This document shows positions 38,693 to 49,800 of a DNA stretch of 64,000 bases, in pieces. Under the pieces are notes generated by a model, which was given only the letters and a program-made list of their open reading frames with translations, ran no database searches and was not told the DNA's origin. The first letter of the stretch is position 1; each line of letters begins with the position of its first letter. Origin of the DNA: an uncultured Acidimicrobiia bacterium (GTDB lineage: Bacteria > Acidobacteriota > Terriglobia > Versatilivoradales > Versatilivoraceae); contig CAWBAT010000005.1 of NCBI GenBank assembly GCA_963786955.1, positions 448,001 to 512,000 on the forward strand, read 5' to 3'. Both the position numbers and the translations under genes were made by a program.

Positions 38693-40389
38693 AAATCATC
38701 GATCCTATTCGCGTTGGGTTCGTTTCCCGACTGAATGCCGCCACACTGGTCCTTCTCCTCATTGGCACTTCTTTTTTTTCCCAAACAAAAGGGGAAAATA
38801 AAGCAGCAGAGGTTCATTACCTCCGCGGACTGTACTTTCTCGACAAAGGTAAAAATCAGGAAGCCCTCGTTGAGTTTCGCACCTCGATAGAGCTGAAGCC
38901 ATCCCAGGCCGATGCTCGCTATCAACTGGGGCTAGCCAATTGGAAACTCGGAAATATTCTTGCTGCAAGCCGCGAATTTCGAAAGGCCTTGGAGCTGGCC
39001 CCCGATCATGCGTTATCAGCCTATTATCTGGGCAGAATTTCTTTGCAGAACAATGACATTTTAAAGGGTATTGAATACCTGAAAAAGGTTGTCCAACTGG
39101 GAAATGGGAAGCCTATCCTGGATGAATATTTCCAATTGGGGAAAGCCTACTTGACCGAGGCGAAAATAGACGAAGCCATTGCAGTGCTTGAAAAAGGAGC
39201 GACCGTTCAGCCCCGGGATGACCGGATCTTTGCCCAACTGGGAAAGGCCTATTTGTCTAAAGGCCGCAAAGCGGAAGCCGAAAAAGCCCTCGATCAGTCG
39301 AAGGAACTGCGAGACTACTTAAGAGAAGCGACGATGCTTCTGATGCAATGTTCGGAATACCTGAAATCGAATGAAATCGGCAAGGCCATGGAAATTTATC
39401 AACGCTTGAGTGATACGGTCGATGTCAACGACCTAGTCTCTTTGGGTATCAATTTTGGAGAACGCGAATTATTTGAACAGGCCGTCAAACTTCTTGAGCG
39501 GGCTGTCCGCCTCTCTCCCAACTTGTATGAGGCTCACTATAATCTAGGGTTGATGTACTTTCGCACCCAGCATGAAAAAGAAGCCGAAGAGCATTTCGCC
39601 AGAGCTTTGGAACTTCATCCTTATTCATTTGAAACCAGCTCACTGTTAGGAGTCGTCCTGAGCCAGGTGGGGAAGACCGAGGAGGCAATCCATGCGCTTA
39701 AACGCGCTCAATCGATAAAACCCGAAGACCTCAAAGTAGTCACATTGTTGTCGCTGCAGTTGATTGAGGGGCGTTACTACACAGAGTCCATGAAAACAAT
39801 AAACGATGCTCTGAAACGATGGCCCGGAAACTTGGATTTGAATCTGCTCCTCATCCAAACTTACCATAGGGATCGAAAGTATGAAAAAGCTGTCCAGGCA
39901 GCCGGGCAGACGGTAGCGCTATACCCTGAATCGGCTCGTGCGAATTTCGAAATGGGCTATCAGCTCATCAGTTTCGGACGCCTCAAAGATTCGCGACCGT
40001 TTCTTGAGAAATCTGTGCAACTCGACCCCGATTTGGTAGAAGGATACGTTTCGCTGGGTGACTTGCAAGCCAAAGAGGGTCATTACGAACAGGCCACGAA
40101 TTACTATCGGAAGGCTTTGGAAAAGGACCCTGGTCACGTTGAATCGTCTCTGGGTTTGGCCAAATCGCTTCTGGCAATGAAACGCTATCCTGAAGTCGTC
40201 ATTGAAATGGAGAAGGTGATTCAAATTGAGCCCTCCAATCCTCAGCCACACTTCCATTTAAGCCAGGCATTTCTTGGGATGGAGGAAAAACAAAAAGCTG
40301 ACCAGGAAGCTCAGATTTTCAAACAGTTGAATGATCAGCGGATGATCATCCGTGACCAGGAAGCAGGAAGAGCCTATGAAGAAAAATAA
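38689..40389 (+). CDS. TPR protein
   Basis: N-terminal hydrophobic segment and multiple TPR repeats; ATGA overlap with the previous gene. Confidence 0.88.
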   Translation: MKIIDPIRVGFVSRLNAATLVLLLIGTSFFSQTKGENKAAEVHYLRGLYFLDKGKNQEALVEFRTSIELKPSQADARYQLGLANWKLGNILAASREFRKALELAPDHALSAYYLGRISLQNNDILKGIEYLKKVVQLGNGKPILDEYFQLGKAYLTEAKIDEAIAVLEKGATVQPRDDRIFAQLGKAYLSKGRKAEAEKALDQSKELRDYLREATMLLMQCSEYLKSNEIGKAMEIYQRLSDTVDVNDLVSLGINFGERELFEQAVKLLERAVRLSPNLYEAHYNLGLMYFRTQHEKEAEEHFARALELHPYSFETSSLLGVVLSQVGKTEEAIHALKRAQSIKPEDLKVVTLLSLQLIEGRYYTESMKTINDALKRWPGNLDLNLLLIQTYHRDRKYEKAVQAAGQTVALYPESARANFEMGYQLISFGRLKDSRPFLEKSVQLDPDLVEGYVSLGDLQAKEGHYEQATNYYRKALEKDPGHVESSLGLAKSLLAMKRYPEVVIEMEKVIQIEPSNPQPHFHLSQAFLGMEEKQKADQEAQIFKQLNDQRMIIRDQEAGRAYEEK

Positions 40390-42144
40390 GTGAACGTCAT
40401 GTCTCGACGAATTGCCACGCTCATACTCCTGTTCTGTCCAATCCTCTTGTTAAAGGCCCAACAAGATTGGGAGCATAGCGTTCGAGAGGCGTTCCAGCAG
40501 GGCAGGCTGCAGGAAGCTCGCCTTCTCGCGGAAGATGCTCTCAGAAACCCTACCGGTGCCGCTTTAGCCCAGGAATGGCTTGGCCGCATTGCCTTACTAG
40601 AGAAGCACCCTGAGGAGGCGCTCTCGCATTTTCAAGAGGCCAGCGAAATAGGACGCTTCAGCATAGAGATGGCGAAGGACTGGTCCAACGCCCTGATCGA
40701 CCTGGGCCGGATCCAGGAGGCCTGCGAACTATTGGAAAAGTCGGTTACTAGTGATCCGACCGCAATGGACTTGAGATACCGTTTGGGCGTTCTGTACATG
40801 ATTCAGGCTATTCCTCTAAAGGCTCGGCCGCACCTGGAGGAGGCCTATAAAGGAGGATTAAAGCACCCTAATGTTGTTCTGCAACTCGCTCAAGCGCGTT
40901 TTCTTACCGGAGGGGATGACCAGGCAGTGCTATTGCTCGAATCTACTTACGAATCAGCCTCAAGCCCCGACTTTTTTCTCCAAGCCGGCAAAATCTTGTT
41001 CGACCATGTGCTCTACCTAAAAGCTATAGTCCCGCTCGAGAAAGCCTGGAAACTGAAACCCGGATCTTACGAAATCGGGATGTACCTGGCATTGTCCTAT
41101 TACATTTCCGGGCATTATCCCGAATGCGAGGCCGTGCTCTCTAGCATCAAACAAGACCCTATACCCAGCCTGGAATACCTGGTTCTCCGAGGATCGGTCC
41201 TGGCAAGATTGGAAAAATGGGGAGAAGCGGAACAAAACCTGGAGAAAGCTTTGCAAATGTATCCGAACCAGGCTGGCGCGTACTTAAATCTCGGACTCTA
41301 TTATCTTGAGCGGGGCCAAAAGGAGAAAGCAAAAGGTTTAATTGAAAAAGGCTCCCGATTGATGTCAAAAGGAACCAAGCTCATCTATTCCATCCGTTCC
41401 ATGGAAAAATGTGAAGGATTGGTCCCCCCTCAAGATTTTAAGATTCAGGATACGGCCAGAGGCGAGTTTTATAACCAGTTTGGTCGAGCTCTCCACGAAA
41501 GCGAACAGAACGGCTCGTCTCTGGCTGTTTATCTTCTGGCCCTAGAAAACGACAGTCACAATGGCCACGCTTATGCAGAAATAGGCAAGCTTTGCTGGGA
41601 GTTCGACAGTTATCCAGTCGCCGAGTCTTATTTGCAGAAGGGGCTGGAACTCCATCCGGATTCTTGGGAACTTTACTTCAACTTGGGCTTGATTTATCAG
41701 TCGCTAAGCCAGGCCGAGAAAGCCGTACAAAGTTACACCAAAGCCATTGCACTGGAAGAACCCCGCGTCCCAGCCATCCACTGGGTCCAACTCGGCACAG
41801 CTCAGCTCAGTGCTCCGAAGCTGGGAGAAGCAGCGGCTGAACGCTCATTTAAGCAGGCGCTGGAAATTGACCCCAACAGCGCTCAGGCGCATTACCAGCT
41901 CGGCAAGCTCTATTTACAGCAGAGGGAATTCGGAAAAGCCGAACAATACCTGGAAAAAGCGATTTTGCTTGATCCTTCACTCTTCCGCGCTTATTACCAG
42001 TATGGATTGGCCTGCCTTCGAAATGGAAAGACGGAAAAAGGGAAAGAGATGCTCGAAACCTTCAATCGCAAACGGGCCTTAAGAACCACCTCCAGCATGA
42101 TGGGAATGCAGACCGAATCCATGTCGGAGAAGATCTTACAGTAA
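40390..42144 (+). CDS. Exported TPR protein (alternative start ATG 40399)
   Basis: Signal peptide RRIATLILLFCPILLLKA-QQ; TPR repeats. Confidence 0.88.
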   Translation: MNVMSRRIATLILLFCPILLLKAQQDWEHSVREAFQQGRLQEARLLAEDALRNPTGAALAQEWLGRIALLEKHPEEALSHFQEASEIGRFSIEMAKDWSNALIDLGRIQEACELLEKSVTSDPTAMDLRYRLGVLYMIQAIPLKARPHLEEAYKGGLKHPNVVLQLAQARFLTGGDDQAVLLLESTYESASSPDFFLQAGKILFDHVLYLKAIVPLEKAWKLKPGSYEIGMYLALSYYISGHYPECEAVLSSIKQDPIPSLEYLVLRGSVLARLEKWGEAEQNLEKALQMYPNQAGAYLNLGLYYLERGQKEKAKGLIEKGSRLMSKGTKLIYSIRSMEKCEGLVPPQDFKIQDTARGEFYNQFGRALHESEQNGSSLAVYLLALENDSHNGHAYAEIGKLCWEFDSYPVAESYLQKGLELHPDSWELYFNLGLIYQSLSQAEKAVQSYTKAIALEEPRVPAIHWVQLGTAQLSAPKLGEAAAERSFKQALEIDPNSAQAHYQLGKLYLQQREFGKAEQYLEKAILLDPSLFRAYYQYGLACLRNGKTEKGKEMLETFNRKRALRTTSSMMGMQTESMSEKILQ

Positions 42145-42154
42145 TGAGGGAGGA

Positions 42155-42184
42155 CCACGGCTCGCTATGCTCACCGTGGCTTCC
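42155..42184. repeat. Solo REP-like hairpin between convergent genes
   Basis: CCACGG..CCGTGGCTTCC, related to the 55434 element. Confidence 0.4.
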
Positions 42185-42254
42185 AAAACTCCCCCATAAC
42201 TAACGCATTACTGTCTCTCTCACCAAAGACCTGTCGGGCGTTCCCTTTCGACCT

Positions 42255-44543
42255 CTACTCCAGCAGAATAACTTTGACATCCTGATGGGGAACTTCCACG
42301 TTGAGAACATTCTTTTCCGCGGGTATTTCTTGCTGCGTGTGAATGTCCACAGCCCGGCGAAATGGGATGGGGACTTCGATGGAACCGCTTTGGTCTTGAG
42401 TGCGATCGTTAAATACAGTGAGCAAGCTGCGCTTTGGCCCTTCGATCAGACGGGGGCGAAGATTTAAGGAGGTCACTCGCGGCCGGGCAACGGGAGTGAT
42501 GAGGGCTCGCAGCAATTCAATCCCGGCATCACACCCTGCGAATATAGACCCACCCAGGCTGGTTCCCAGGTAATACACTCTGCCCTTGCCGACCTGTTTC
42601 TTGGCGCCGACAACCATTACTTGACAACGAGCGGTAGGCTGCGCCGAACTTAAGATGATCGGCGTTAGGAAGGTGTGTGCCTTGATGCGAAAAACTCCAG
42701 GGTCGGTCACATCGATTTCCGTTCCCCAATAGATTTGGTCTTCCGCCGCCAGGTCCAGTCCTTTTCGGGAAGCCGCCGCAGAGCTACTGATTACAACGTC
42801 ACTCCCCACCGGCGACTGGATAAAGTAGCTCTCTTGTTCACGATATCCAAATGCATCCGCCAGACCGTGAGGAGGAATGACGGGATTGTAAAAGCATCGT
42901 TCATCAAACAGTCCAAAGGAGGTTTCCAGAATTAACGTTCCACCGGCTTCTGTAAAGCGTCTCAGTTGTGAGCAGATTTCTTCTTTTCCGATGATACACC
43001 AGGGAGCAATGATGACTTTATAGTGAGCCGTGTTCAGGCTTCCGGGCTCAATGAAATCAGCCGACAAGTCGAGGTTCCAAAGGGCCTTGTAGTACCCTCG
43101 AAAAGACTCGGTCGAGGCATCTTCTTGTCCACTCATGGCATACGTCAGCAGCGCACTGTCTTGATCTGTCAAAATGGCAACCTCAGGCTTCGGGGTATGG
43201 TCCTTGAAGATGTCCCAATACTTCTGAATCAGGGCGCGATTTCTGGCTGCTTCTTCCACCCGCTCTGTGGGGGCTCCGCTCCGATCCACTAAACCAAATC
43301 CGGAGGCTTCGCTCCCGGTCCCTTCGGCATGGTAGGTCCAGTAGATAATCCCCTTGGCACCTCCTGCAACCGCCATCCAATTCCAAAGGCGGATGTCTCG
43401 TGCCCTCATCTTGGGACTTCTCCACAAGCCCTTGTTGCCGTGTCCGCCCTGCAGTTCCGTCATCCAAAATTCTTTGCCTGCCGCACAGGAGCGGGTAATT
43501 TCGATTTTGCCTGCCCCTTCATACACGGGGAGCTCAAACCAGCGCGGGAAGATTGACAGTCCCCAGACCTCAACCGCTTCAGCCAGCTTCCAGGCATTCG
43601 TTCCATTGACGGCAATCGGGTCGAATGGAGGATGATGCGCATGGTGATCTTCCATGACATGAGAAGAATCCGTCGCCCTCAGGGTCTTGACCCTAAATTT
43701 CAACTCTTCCGTGCTTCGTTCGATGATGAATCGCCGCCAATCCACCCAATCCATGTAGGTCCCCATGGCGCGAGGGGGGTCGATGGTCTTAAAATTCGGA
43801 TAACGGCGCGTCCAGACCTCGTTCAATCGATCCAGCGTCCCATAGCGGTTTTTGAGCCAGCTTTGAAAAGATTCAATCGTCTTGTCGCAATAACAGTAAA
43901 GCCTTTCCTGTGGAGTAGCCCAGATGTTGCGTTGCCAGGCAGGTTCAATATGCGGCTCATTCCAGGTGTCGTAAGCATAAAAGCAAGGATGGGCAGAAGA
44001 GAACTTCGCCAGCGCTTCGATGTATTTTGCGGCGGCCTCCCGGACGGTCGGCCAGTCCATGCAAAGGCTTGGCCACCCTCCCGTCATATTGTTCCCGCTT
44101 CCTTCCAACCGTTGCGCATTCCCCTTGGCATCGACAAAGCGCGCTTCCGGATGGGCCTGCTCTAACCACCAGGGGCAGGATTCCAGAACCAATCCCATCA
44201 AGACTTTGATCCCGAATTCGTCGCAGTACTGCAGAACCTCCTCCACATCGTCAAAAACAAAAACACCGGGAGCAGGGTTGTAATAGTCCCAGCCCGGGTA
44301 GATTCGAATGATGTTGAAACCATATTCTTTGGCAATGGCCTTTAACATTTCGCGACGTTGCTGCCGAGGAGGATTCGGCGGCCTGTAGAAAGCTGTGCCG
44401 TAAAGAAATTCTCTCTCCTTGGAGGCGGGCGATAGTGGCAACGCTGTTGGCCCCGCCAGGATGCGCATTCCACCCCAGGCCAAGCTAATACTCGACGCTG
44501 TTTGAAGAAATTGCCGACGAGAAAAAGTGTTGGGGAATTTCAT
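42255..44543 (-). CDS. Glycoside hydrolase family 42 (beta-galactosidase-like), Tat-exported
   Basis: SRRQFLQ Tat motif; WNEP acid/base, WLKNRYGTLDRLNEVW, DWRRF, WMTELQ nucleophile, trimerisation-type C-terminal region. Confidence 0.87.
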   Translation of the reverse strand: MKFPNTFSRRQFLQTASSISLAWGGMRILAGPTALPLSPASKEREFLYGTAFYRPPNPPRQQRREMLKAIAKEYGFNIIRIYPGWDYYNPAPGVFVFDDVEEVLQYCDEFGIKVLMGLVLESCPWWLEQAHPEARFVDAKGNAQRLEGSGNNMTGGWPSLCMDWPTVREAAAKYIEALAKFSSAHPCFYAYDTWNEPHIEPAWQRNIWATPQERLYCYCDKTIESFQSWLKNRYGTLDRLNEVWTRRYPNFKTIDPPRAMGTYMDWVDWRRFIIERSTEELKFRVKTLRATDSSHVMEDHHAHHPPFDPIAVNGTNAWKLAEAVEVWGLSIFPRWFELPVYEGAGKIEITRSCAAGKEFWMTELQGGHGNKGLWRSPKMRARDIRLWNWMAVAGGAKGIIYWTYHAEGTGSEASGFGLVDRSGAPTERVEEAARNRALIQKYWDIFKDHTPKPEVAILTDQDSALLTYAMSGQEDASTESFRGYYKALWNLDLSADFIEPGSLNTAHYKVIIAPWCIIGKEEICSQLRRFTEAGGTLILETSFGLFDERCFYNPVIPPHGLADAFGYREQESYFIQSPVGSDVVISSSAAASRKGLDLAAEDQIYWGTEIDVTDPGVFRIKAHTFLTPIILSSAQPTARCQVMVVGAKKQVGKGRVYYLGTSLGGSIFAGCDAGIELLRALITPVARPRVTSLNLRPRLIEGPKRSLLTVFNDRTQDQSGSIEVPIPFRRAVDIHTQQEIPAEKNVLNVEVPHQDVKVILLE

Positions 44544-44613
44544 GACTCAATACCTCCTCGCTCTTCAGCTCGATTCAAAAGTTTGACTTTGTGTTCCCCG
44601 ATTAGTTTTGCAG

Positions 44614-46761
44614 CTATTTAAATTCAAGGTGGAGTGTCGTGGTCTCACCGATGTTTGCATCAAGCCAAAGGGTCTTCCCATCCCAGGCGTATTCCGTGGG
44701 TTTCATCAGGTGATCTCCCAAGCGAACGGTGACTAGGTTCTTGGGGGCCAGCAACAATTCAAAAACTGGATTCACACAGCGCACCGAAGGCTTTAAGGTA
44801 ACCCTCACGCTGGAATTTTCGACAATCAGGCGCATCGCACGACGTTCCGGGACCGTGGAGTCGAAATCCAGGCGGGCTCCCTCTAATTCCAGTGACGGAG
44901 GATTTCGAAAACTCTGCGCCCATTCAATCAGTCGCTGATCGGAAGTGTCAGTCAGTCCGATCAACCAGTACCAGCGCTGCCAAGTCATGGTCTTGGCTTG
45001 ACCTAAGGTGTCTTGGGTCTGAAGAGTCCCCGAAAACGCCGGCGTGTGGTTGTTCATCCCCCAAGTCATAATGCTATTGTGAGAAGGACTCAAGTAAATG
45101 CGGTCATCGATCGCCATCCCTGTCAGGTTACCCCTCGCAAGGGGCCAGTGACTGCCCCAGTAAAAGGGAGTGACCATTTCCCCCCGATCATAAAATGGGC
45201 CGAATAGCTTCGGCATCAGCGTATTGATGGGGGTAAAGGAGATGGCTGTGTCCACATCGTCTTTGTGCAAACGAATCCGGTATACTGCAGGCACATCACG
45301 CGGATCGCCAACACCCGGCCTTCCCAAACTGCTAGTGGCTGATTTCTCCCCGGCGGAAGGGAAGGTCATCTCCCTTTTTTGCCCATCGATGAAAAGTATA
45401 TCGACGATTTTGGGAGACAAGACTTTGAACGGAAAGGCCGACTGCGGAGTCAGAATGATAAATTCTTGGACCTCATAGCTTGCTCCGGGAGCACTCTTCA
45501 GATTCAAGACCCGCGTCCCAAACCCATCCGGATAGAAGTAGTAGTCTTCTACCGGCATATCCCCCCAAACCTTGTAGGCAAAGTCATTGGACTGATACCT
45601 CCAGCGGACATGCACGCGAGCCGGGCTGGACTCGACAATCTCCACCCGGGAGTAGCGGAGTTCCTTATCCATTAAGGGCTCAACACAATCGATAAAGCCA
45701 TCCGGGGGAGGAAGCGTCTCTGCCCATTCGTAGCTCATTCCCGTATTGTTTTTACCCGCCCAGAATGGGATGTAACTAGAGCCGCGCCAAAAAACGAATC
45801 GCGCCCCATTGGGTAATGAAACCACCACGTCATTCAGTTGGGGTTCCCAGGCCATGGCATAGTCCATACTGGAGAGCGCTCCAGTCGCCGGATCCCGGAC
45901 CGAGATGGGAGCATCGTAGCGAAGTTTGATTTCAGTCGCGCCAAATCCTGGCAAACGTGGAGGTTGGCGAACTCGCATGGTTGGGATCTTCTTTCCCCAG
46001 AGTTTATTGCCTGTCTCATCCCAAATGGCTACCTGGAGAATATCTTTTTCGGGGCCCGAACCGGCCGCAGGCAATGGCATAACGAGCTGGACCTTTTTGC
46101 CACTGGACCACTGGAATGCGCGCTCGACCTTTTCACTCGCGCTCGAATCGAACCAGGCCGATACCCGGGCAGCGGACGGATCCTTTTTGTAAGAAATCGC
46201 CGCGACTTCCAAATTAGCTTTCTGGCCGCCAGCCAATAATAACCAATCATAAGGCACCATAATCGTCCCCAAATCGACAGGATTGATTACTTTCTCCGGA
46301 CGGGCAACCGCGTCCGCCTCAATCCCGGGGATCTCTATTTTTTGACGCCCAATTTCCAGTGCTTCGCCCTGGAATTTGCATTTGGCATACAACACCAACT
46401 CATCCATTGGCTGAGCAAAAGTTGCCTTCCCGACAAATGGCGGCTTTGAGAAAATCCCCGCCAAAGCAAGAATCTTGCGCTCTGTTTCTCTTCCTTGAGA
46501 ATAGGCGGCCAGCCAGTACTCTCTGAGCGGACGTTCTTGAGACTGAATTTCGACAACCGCGGTAAAACCCTGACCCACGCGTTCGAGGTCGAAAGGTGGA
46601 CGCCAGGGATGATGCGGCTCTAGGCGAATCTGAGCCGTAACGGTTTCTGGACAATCGCTCGCTGCCTTGCTGGACAGGAGCAGAAGGGTAAAGAAAAACA
46701 GCAAGAAAAAGGAAATCCTGGTATATCGACGCCATCCCCGACTCATTTCCAACCTCTCCAC
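44614..46761 (-). CDS. Exported protein of unknown function (candidate carbohydrate-active)
   Basis: GGAGG then GTG 46761; signal peptide; aromatic-rich motifs RFVFWRGSSYIPFW, EPLMDKELRYS and VHVRWRY; co-oriented with GH2 and GH42. Confidence 0.7.
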   Translation of the reverse strand: MERLEMSRGWRRYTRISFFLLFFFTLLLLSSKAASDCPETVTAQIRLEPHHPWRPPFDLERVGQGFTAVVEIQSQERPLREYWLAAYSQGRETERKILALAGIFSKPPFVGKATFAQPMDELVLYAKCKFQGEALEIGRQKIEIPGIEADAVARPEKVINPVDLGTIMVPYDWLLLAGGQKANLEVAAISYKKDPSAARVSAWFDSSASEKVERAFQWSSGKKVQLVMPLPAAGSGPEKDILQVAIWDETGNKLWGKKIPTMRVRQPPRLPGFGATEIKLRYDAPISVRDPATGALSSMDYAMAWEPQLNDVVVSLPNGARFVFWRGSSYIPFWAGKNNTGMSYEWAETLPPPDGFIDCVEPLMDKELRYSRVEIVESSPARVHVRWRYQSNDFAYKVWGDMPVEDYYFYPDGFGTRVLNLKSAPGASYEVQEFIILTPQSAFPFKVLSPKIVDILFIDGQKREMTFPSAGEKSATSSLGRPGVGDPRDVPAVYRIRLHKDDVDTAISFTPINTLMPKLFGPFYDRGEMVTPFYWGSHWPLARGNLTGMAIDDRIYLSPSHNSIMTWGMNNHTPAFSGTLQTQDTLGQAKTMTWQRWYWLIGLTDTSDQRLIEWAQSFRNPPSLELEGARLDFDSTVPERRAMRLIVENSSVRVTLKPSVRCVNPVFELLLAPKNLVTVRLGDHLMKPTEYAWDGKTLWLDANIGETTTLHLEFK

Positions 46762-46890
46762 GGTGGCCCCTCCTTTTAAGTTACGTTTTATTCCTTCTAT
46801 ATATTCCGCACACTGAAGCAAGTCATTCCTTTGCCCCTCGGTCTCCCACTGTCCATTGGAGAGACAGAATGGTTCTTGCAACAAGGGAAT

Positions 46891-49800
46891 CTATTGCCCC
46901 GCCGGCCATTCGATGGGCAGTTGCAGCTTCTCTACATTAGAGCCGTCAATCACCAACTCTCCCGAAATCCTGCTCACACCTTCCTTCAGCAAGATCAGGT
47001 CGGCTGCCACTGTTTTGCTTTCCCCCGGCAGCAGGTCAATGTAGTTCTCATCGAAGACCGCTAAAACAGGGGATTGTTCATCTTCTCCCTGCCAATTCAG
47101 TCTCAACTGCACCAGACGGGCAAAACTGCCGCCATTTTTCAGGTCGATGCTCAGCCGGGCTTTCTTGCCCAGAGTCTTCCCCTCAAAACGATGCGTCGCG
47201 CTCAGCCGGGCGGGAGCGGAGTCCTGCAACGTCTCAAACAGTGGCTTGTCGCGCGACTCCACAACGCTCTTAATGTTCTGAGCAGGAATTTCTCCGGTTG
47301 CCGCCGCAATCATCCGCAAAAAGAGTTCAAAATAGGCTTTGGTGACAGGCTGAGTGTAAAACTCCTGGTCCACCATATACGAAAAAACAATCTTGGGATC
47401 CCGGTTATCCCTTTGCTCTACGTACAGTGGGGTAAACCCGGTGAACGCCACTGTCCGGCCTGCTCCAAATTTCCCTGTCACCAGTAATGGCCGCCCGGAG
47501 ACTTTCATCAGGAGCTGCCCCTCTGCCTTCATCTTGACTTCATTGAATCCGGGCAATCCGTCTTCTCGCAAACCCTGCTCACCCCATCCCGAATCATTGG
47601 GTGACGTAAGCTCGATCTCGCGAATTGCGGAGAACCCCTGGACATGGGAGGCACTCCGCTCTCGAAGCGGGCCGTACACCAGATCGTTTCGATTTTTCAG
47701 GGCGACAGGGAGCACTTCATCTAAGGAAACTAGGTCCAGGGCGGCGCCGATCCCTCTGCCGCCGTGATAGCTTCCCGGCCCTCCGCTATGAATGAAACCC
47801 ACTCCTTCCTGGATCGCCTGCTTCAGTCCTGCCACCGCTTTACGGTCCAGCAATTTCCAAATGGAATCAAACGACGCCAGCCATACCACGTCATAGTCTT
47901 TGCGAATGGTTTGAGGGTTTTCCAGTCGAGTGAGCAGGGGAACCGATGTCTCATCCACCACGTCTACCGTCACACCCCCCGCCTGCAGCATCTTGGCGAT
48001 GGGCAAGCTATACTGCCGTTGTCCGATCAGCAGCACTTTCACAGGACGGGCGAAGACCGAAGGGGTCACCTTAATCCATATCGAATTGGAAGCCTGTTGC
48101 GCTCCCCCACGCTCGCGGAGATGCCCTCGCAAGAGATAGATCCCGGCTTGTTGGACCGCCGTCCATTCGACGACTCCCAGTTCCTTGGCTTCGTCGGAGC
48201 CAATGCTGGCTGGGAACTGCTTTTCCCATACTCTCCTGCCTTGCAGGTCCAGAATCTCACAGGACATTTCCAGCGGGATCTCCCGCCGGTAATCGTTGAC
48301 CACCCAGACGGGGATACTGAGCGGTTTGCCGGCGACTTGAGACTCCAGCGCTTCTTCATAGGCGAAGCTCAGAGTCAGCGGTCTGTGGGCCTGCTGCAAG
48401 AAGTAGTAGCCCATCTTCGGTTCCCGGTAATAGTCCAGGAAATTAAATCGAATGCCCGGGGTGACCTCTCCGTATGCCCAGATGCGGGTTCCGTTGATCG
48501 AATGGTATTTCTTGCGGCGGTAGGCTTCAGTGGCGTATTTGAAAAGAAACGCTTGATACAGCTGGGAGCCCTCCACGAATTCCCTGGCCGAACGAATATG
48601 CCGGTCCACAAACTGCGTGGCTCGATCAATGACGCTGGCCAGTCCATCGTACTCAAAACTGGTTTGGTAGGCGTAGGCGGAGACGTCAATCGGCAGGTTC
48701 TTCCAGCGGGGCAATCCCGTGTTTCGCTCATCCCACAGTTCCTCCGGCGACAGGATCTTTCGAAGGCTGTCCAGACCGGGAAGCGCTATCCCGCCATACT
48801 CCGACACAAAGCCCGTGTTGGCGCGAAAATGCCCGCTATAATTGCCAGTCGTTCCCATGCCTGCATTGGCAATCCAGTAGTGCTGTTCACCGAGATCGCA
48901 CAAGCTGGGATGATAGATGGTGCCCGGCACAAGTTCTTCAACCAACTTCCCGATCGCATTCGAATAGGCGTCATAGGCAGTATCATTCAAGTCCTCGGTG
49001 CCAAATCCCCAGCCACCCCCCTTGTCATGAGCCTCGGCGAAGGCCGCCCATTGAATGATGGAGGGGTGATTCCGCAGCTGGATCACAATCTGCCGCAGCT
49101 GCCCCAGCGACTCTTTGATGAAGGGCTCCCGGCGGGGAGACGACGGTTCCAGAAGATCGATCGGTCCCAATTGATTGAACGGGAATTCCAGGAACAACAT
49201 CATGCCCATTTGGTCGCACAGCTCATAGAAGTCCGGTTTCTCGACCACCGTGAATGCCACGAGGTGATTCATATAGGCGGCCTTGAACAACTCCAAGTCT
49301 TTCACATAGGTCGGCCGGTCGGCCTTTGATCCGAAATAGTCTCCCATCGGGTACCAGGCCCCCTTCATGAAGATCCGGACTCCATTGAGGCGATAGCTCA
49401 TGTCTTTCTCGCGAGTAACAGTCCTAATCCCGAAGGTCACCTCGCGCTGGTCGGCACTTCCGCCAGTGGTCGACTTAAGGGCCGCGATCGCCTTGTACAG
49501 ATTGGGTTTGCCCACGTCCCAAACCCACCACAGCTGAGGCTTCGGGACAACTACTTCCAGATCGAAGTAATTCCCTCCGGGTTGCAGGGTGAGGTTCTTC
49601 TGGGGAAGGAGAACCGGATCGCCGCTGAAATTCTGGGGGACTAGTTTCAGATCCAAACTGGCTGAGACCGTTTCCTTGCCATAGTTCAGGATGTTCCCGG
49701 AGATTGTGAGGGTGGCGCTCTTGTCAGAGTTGATCGAGCGCGTTGAGACAAACAGATCATCGAGCAACGCCGCTCCCGAAGACACCAGCTTCACGTCCCT

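Noticed and set aside
47764-49329. 521-aa ORF on the + strand
   Set aside because: It is antisense to the GH2 gene in a GC-rich stretch and has no recognisable motifs; a shadow ORF, like the many short overlapping ORFs in the track.
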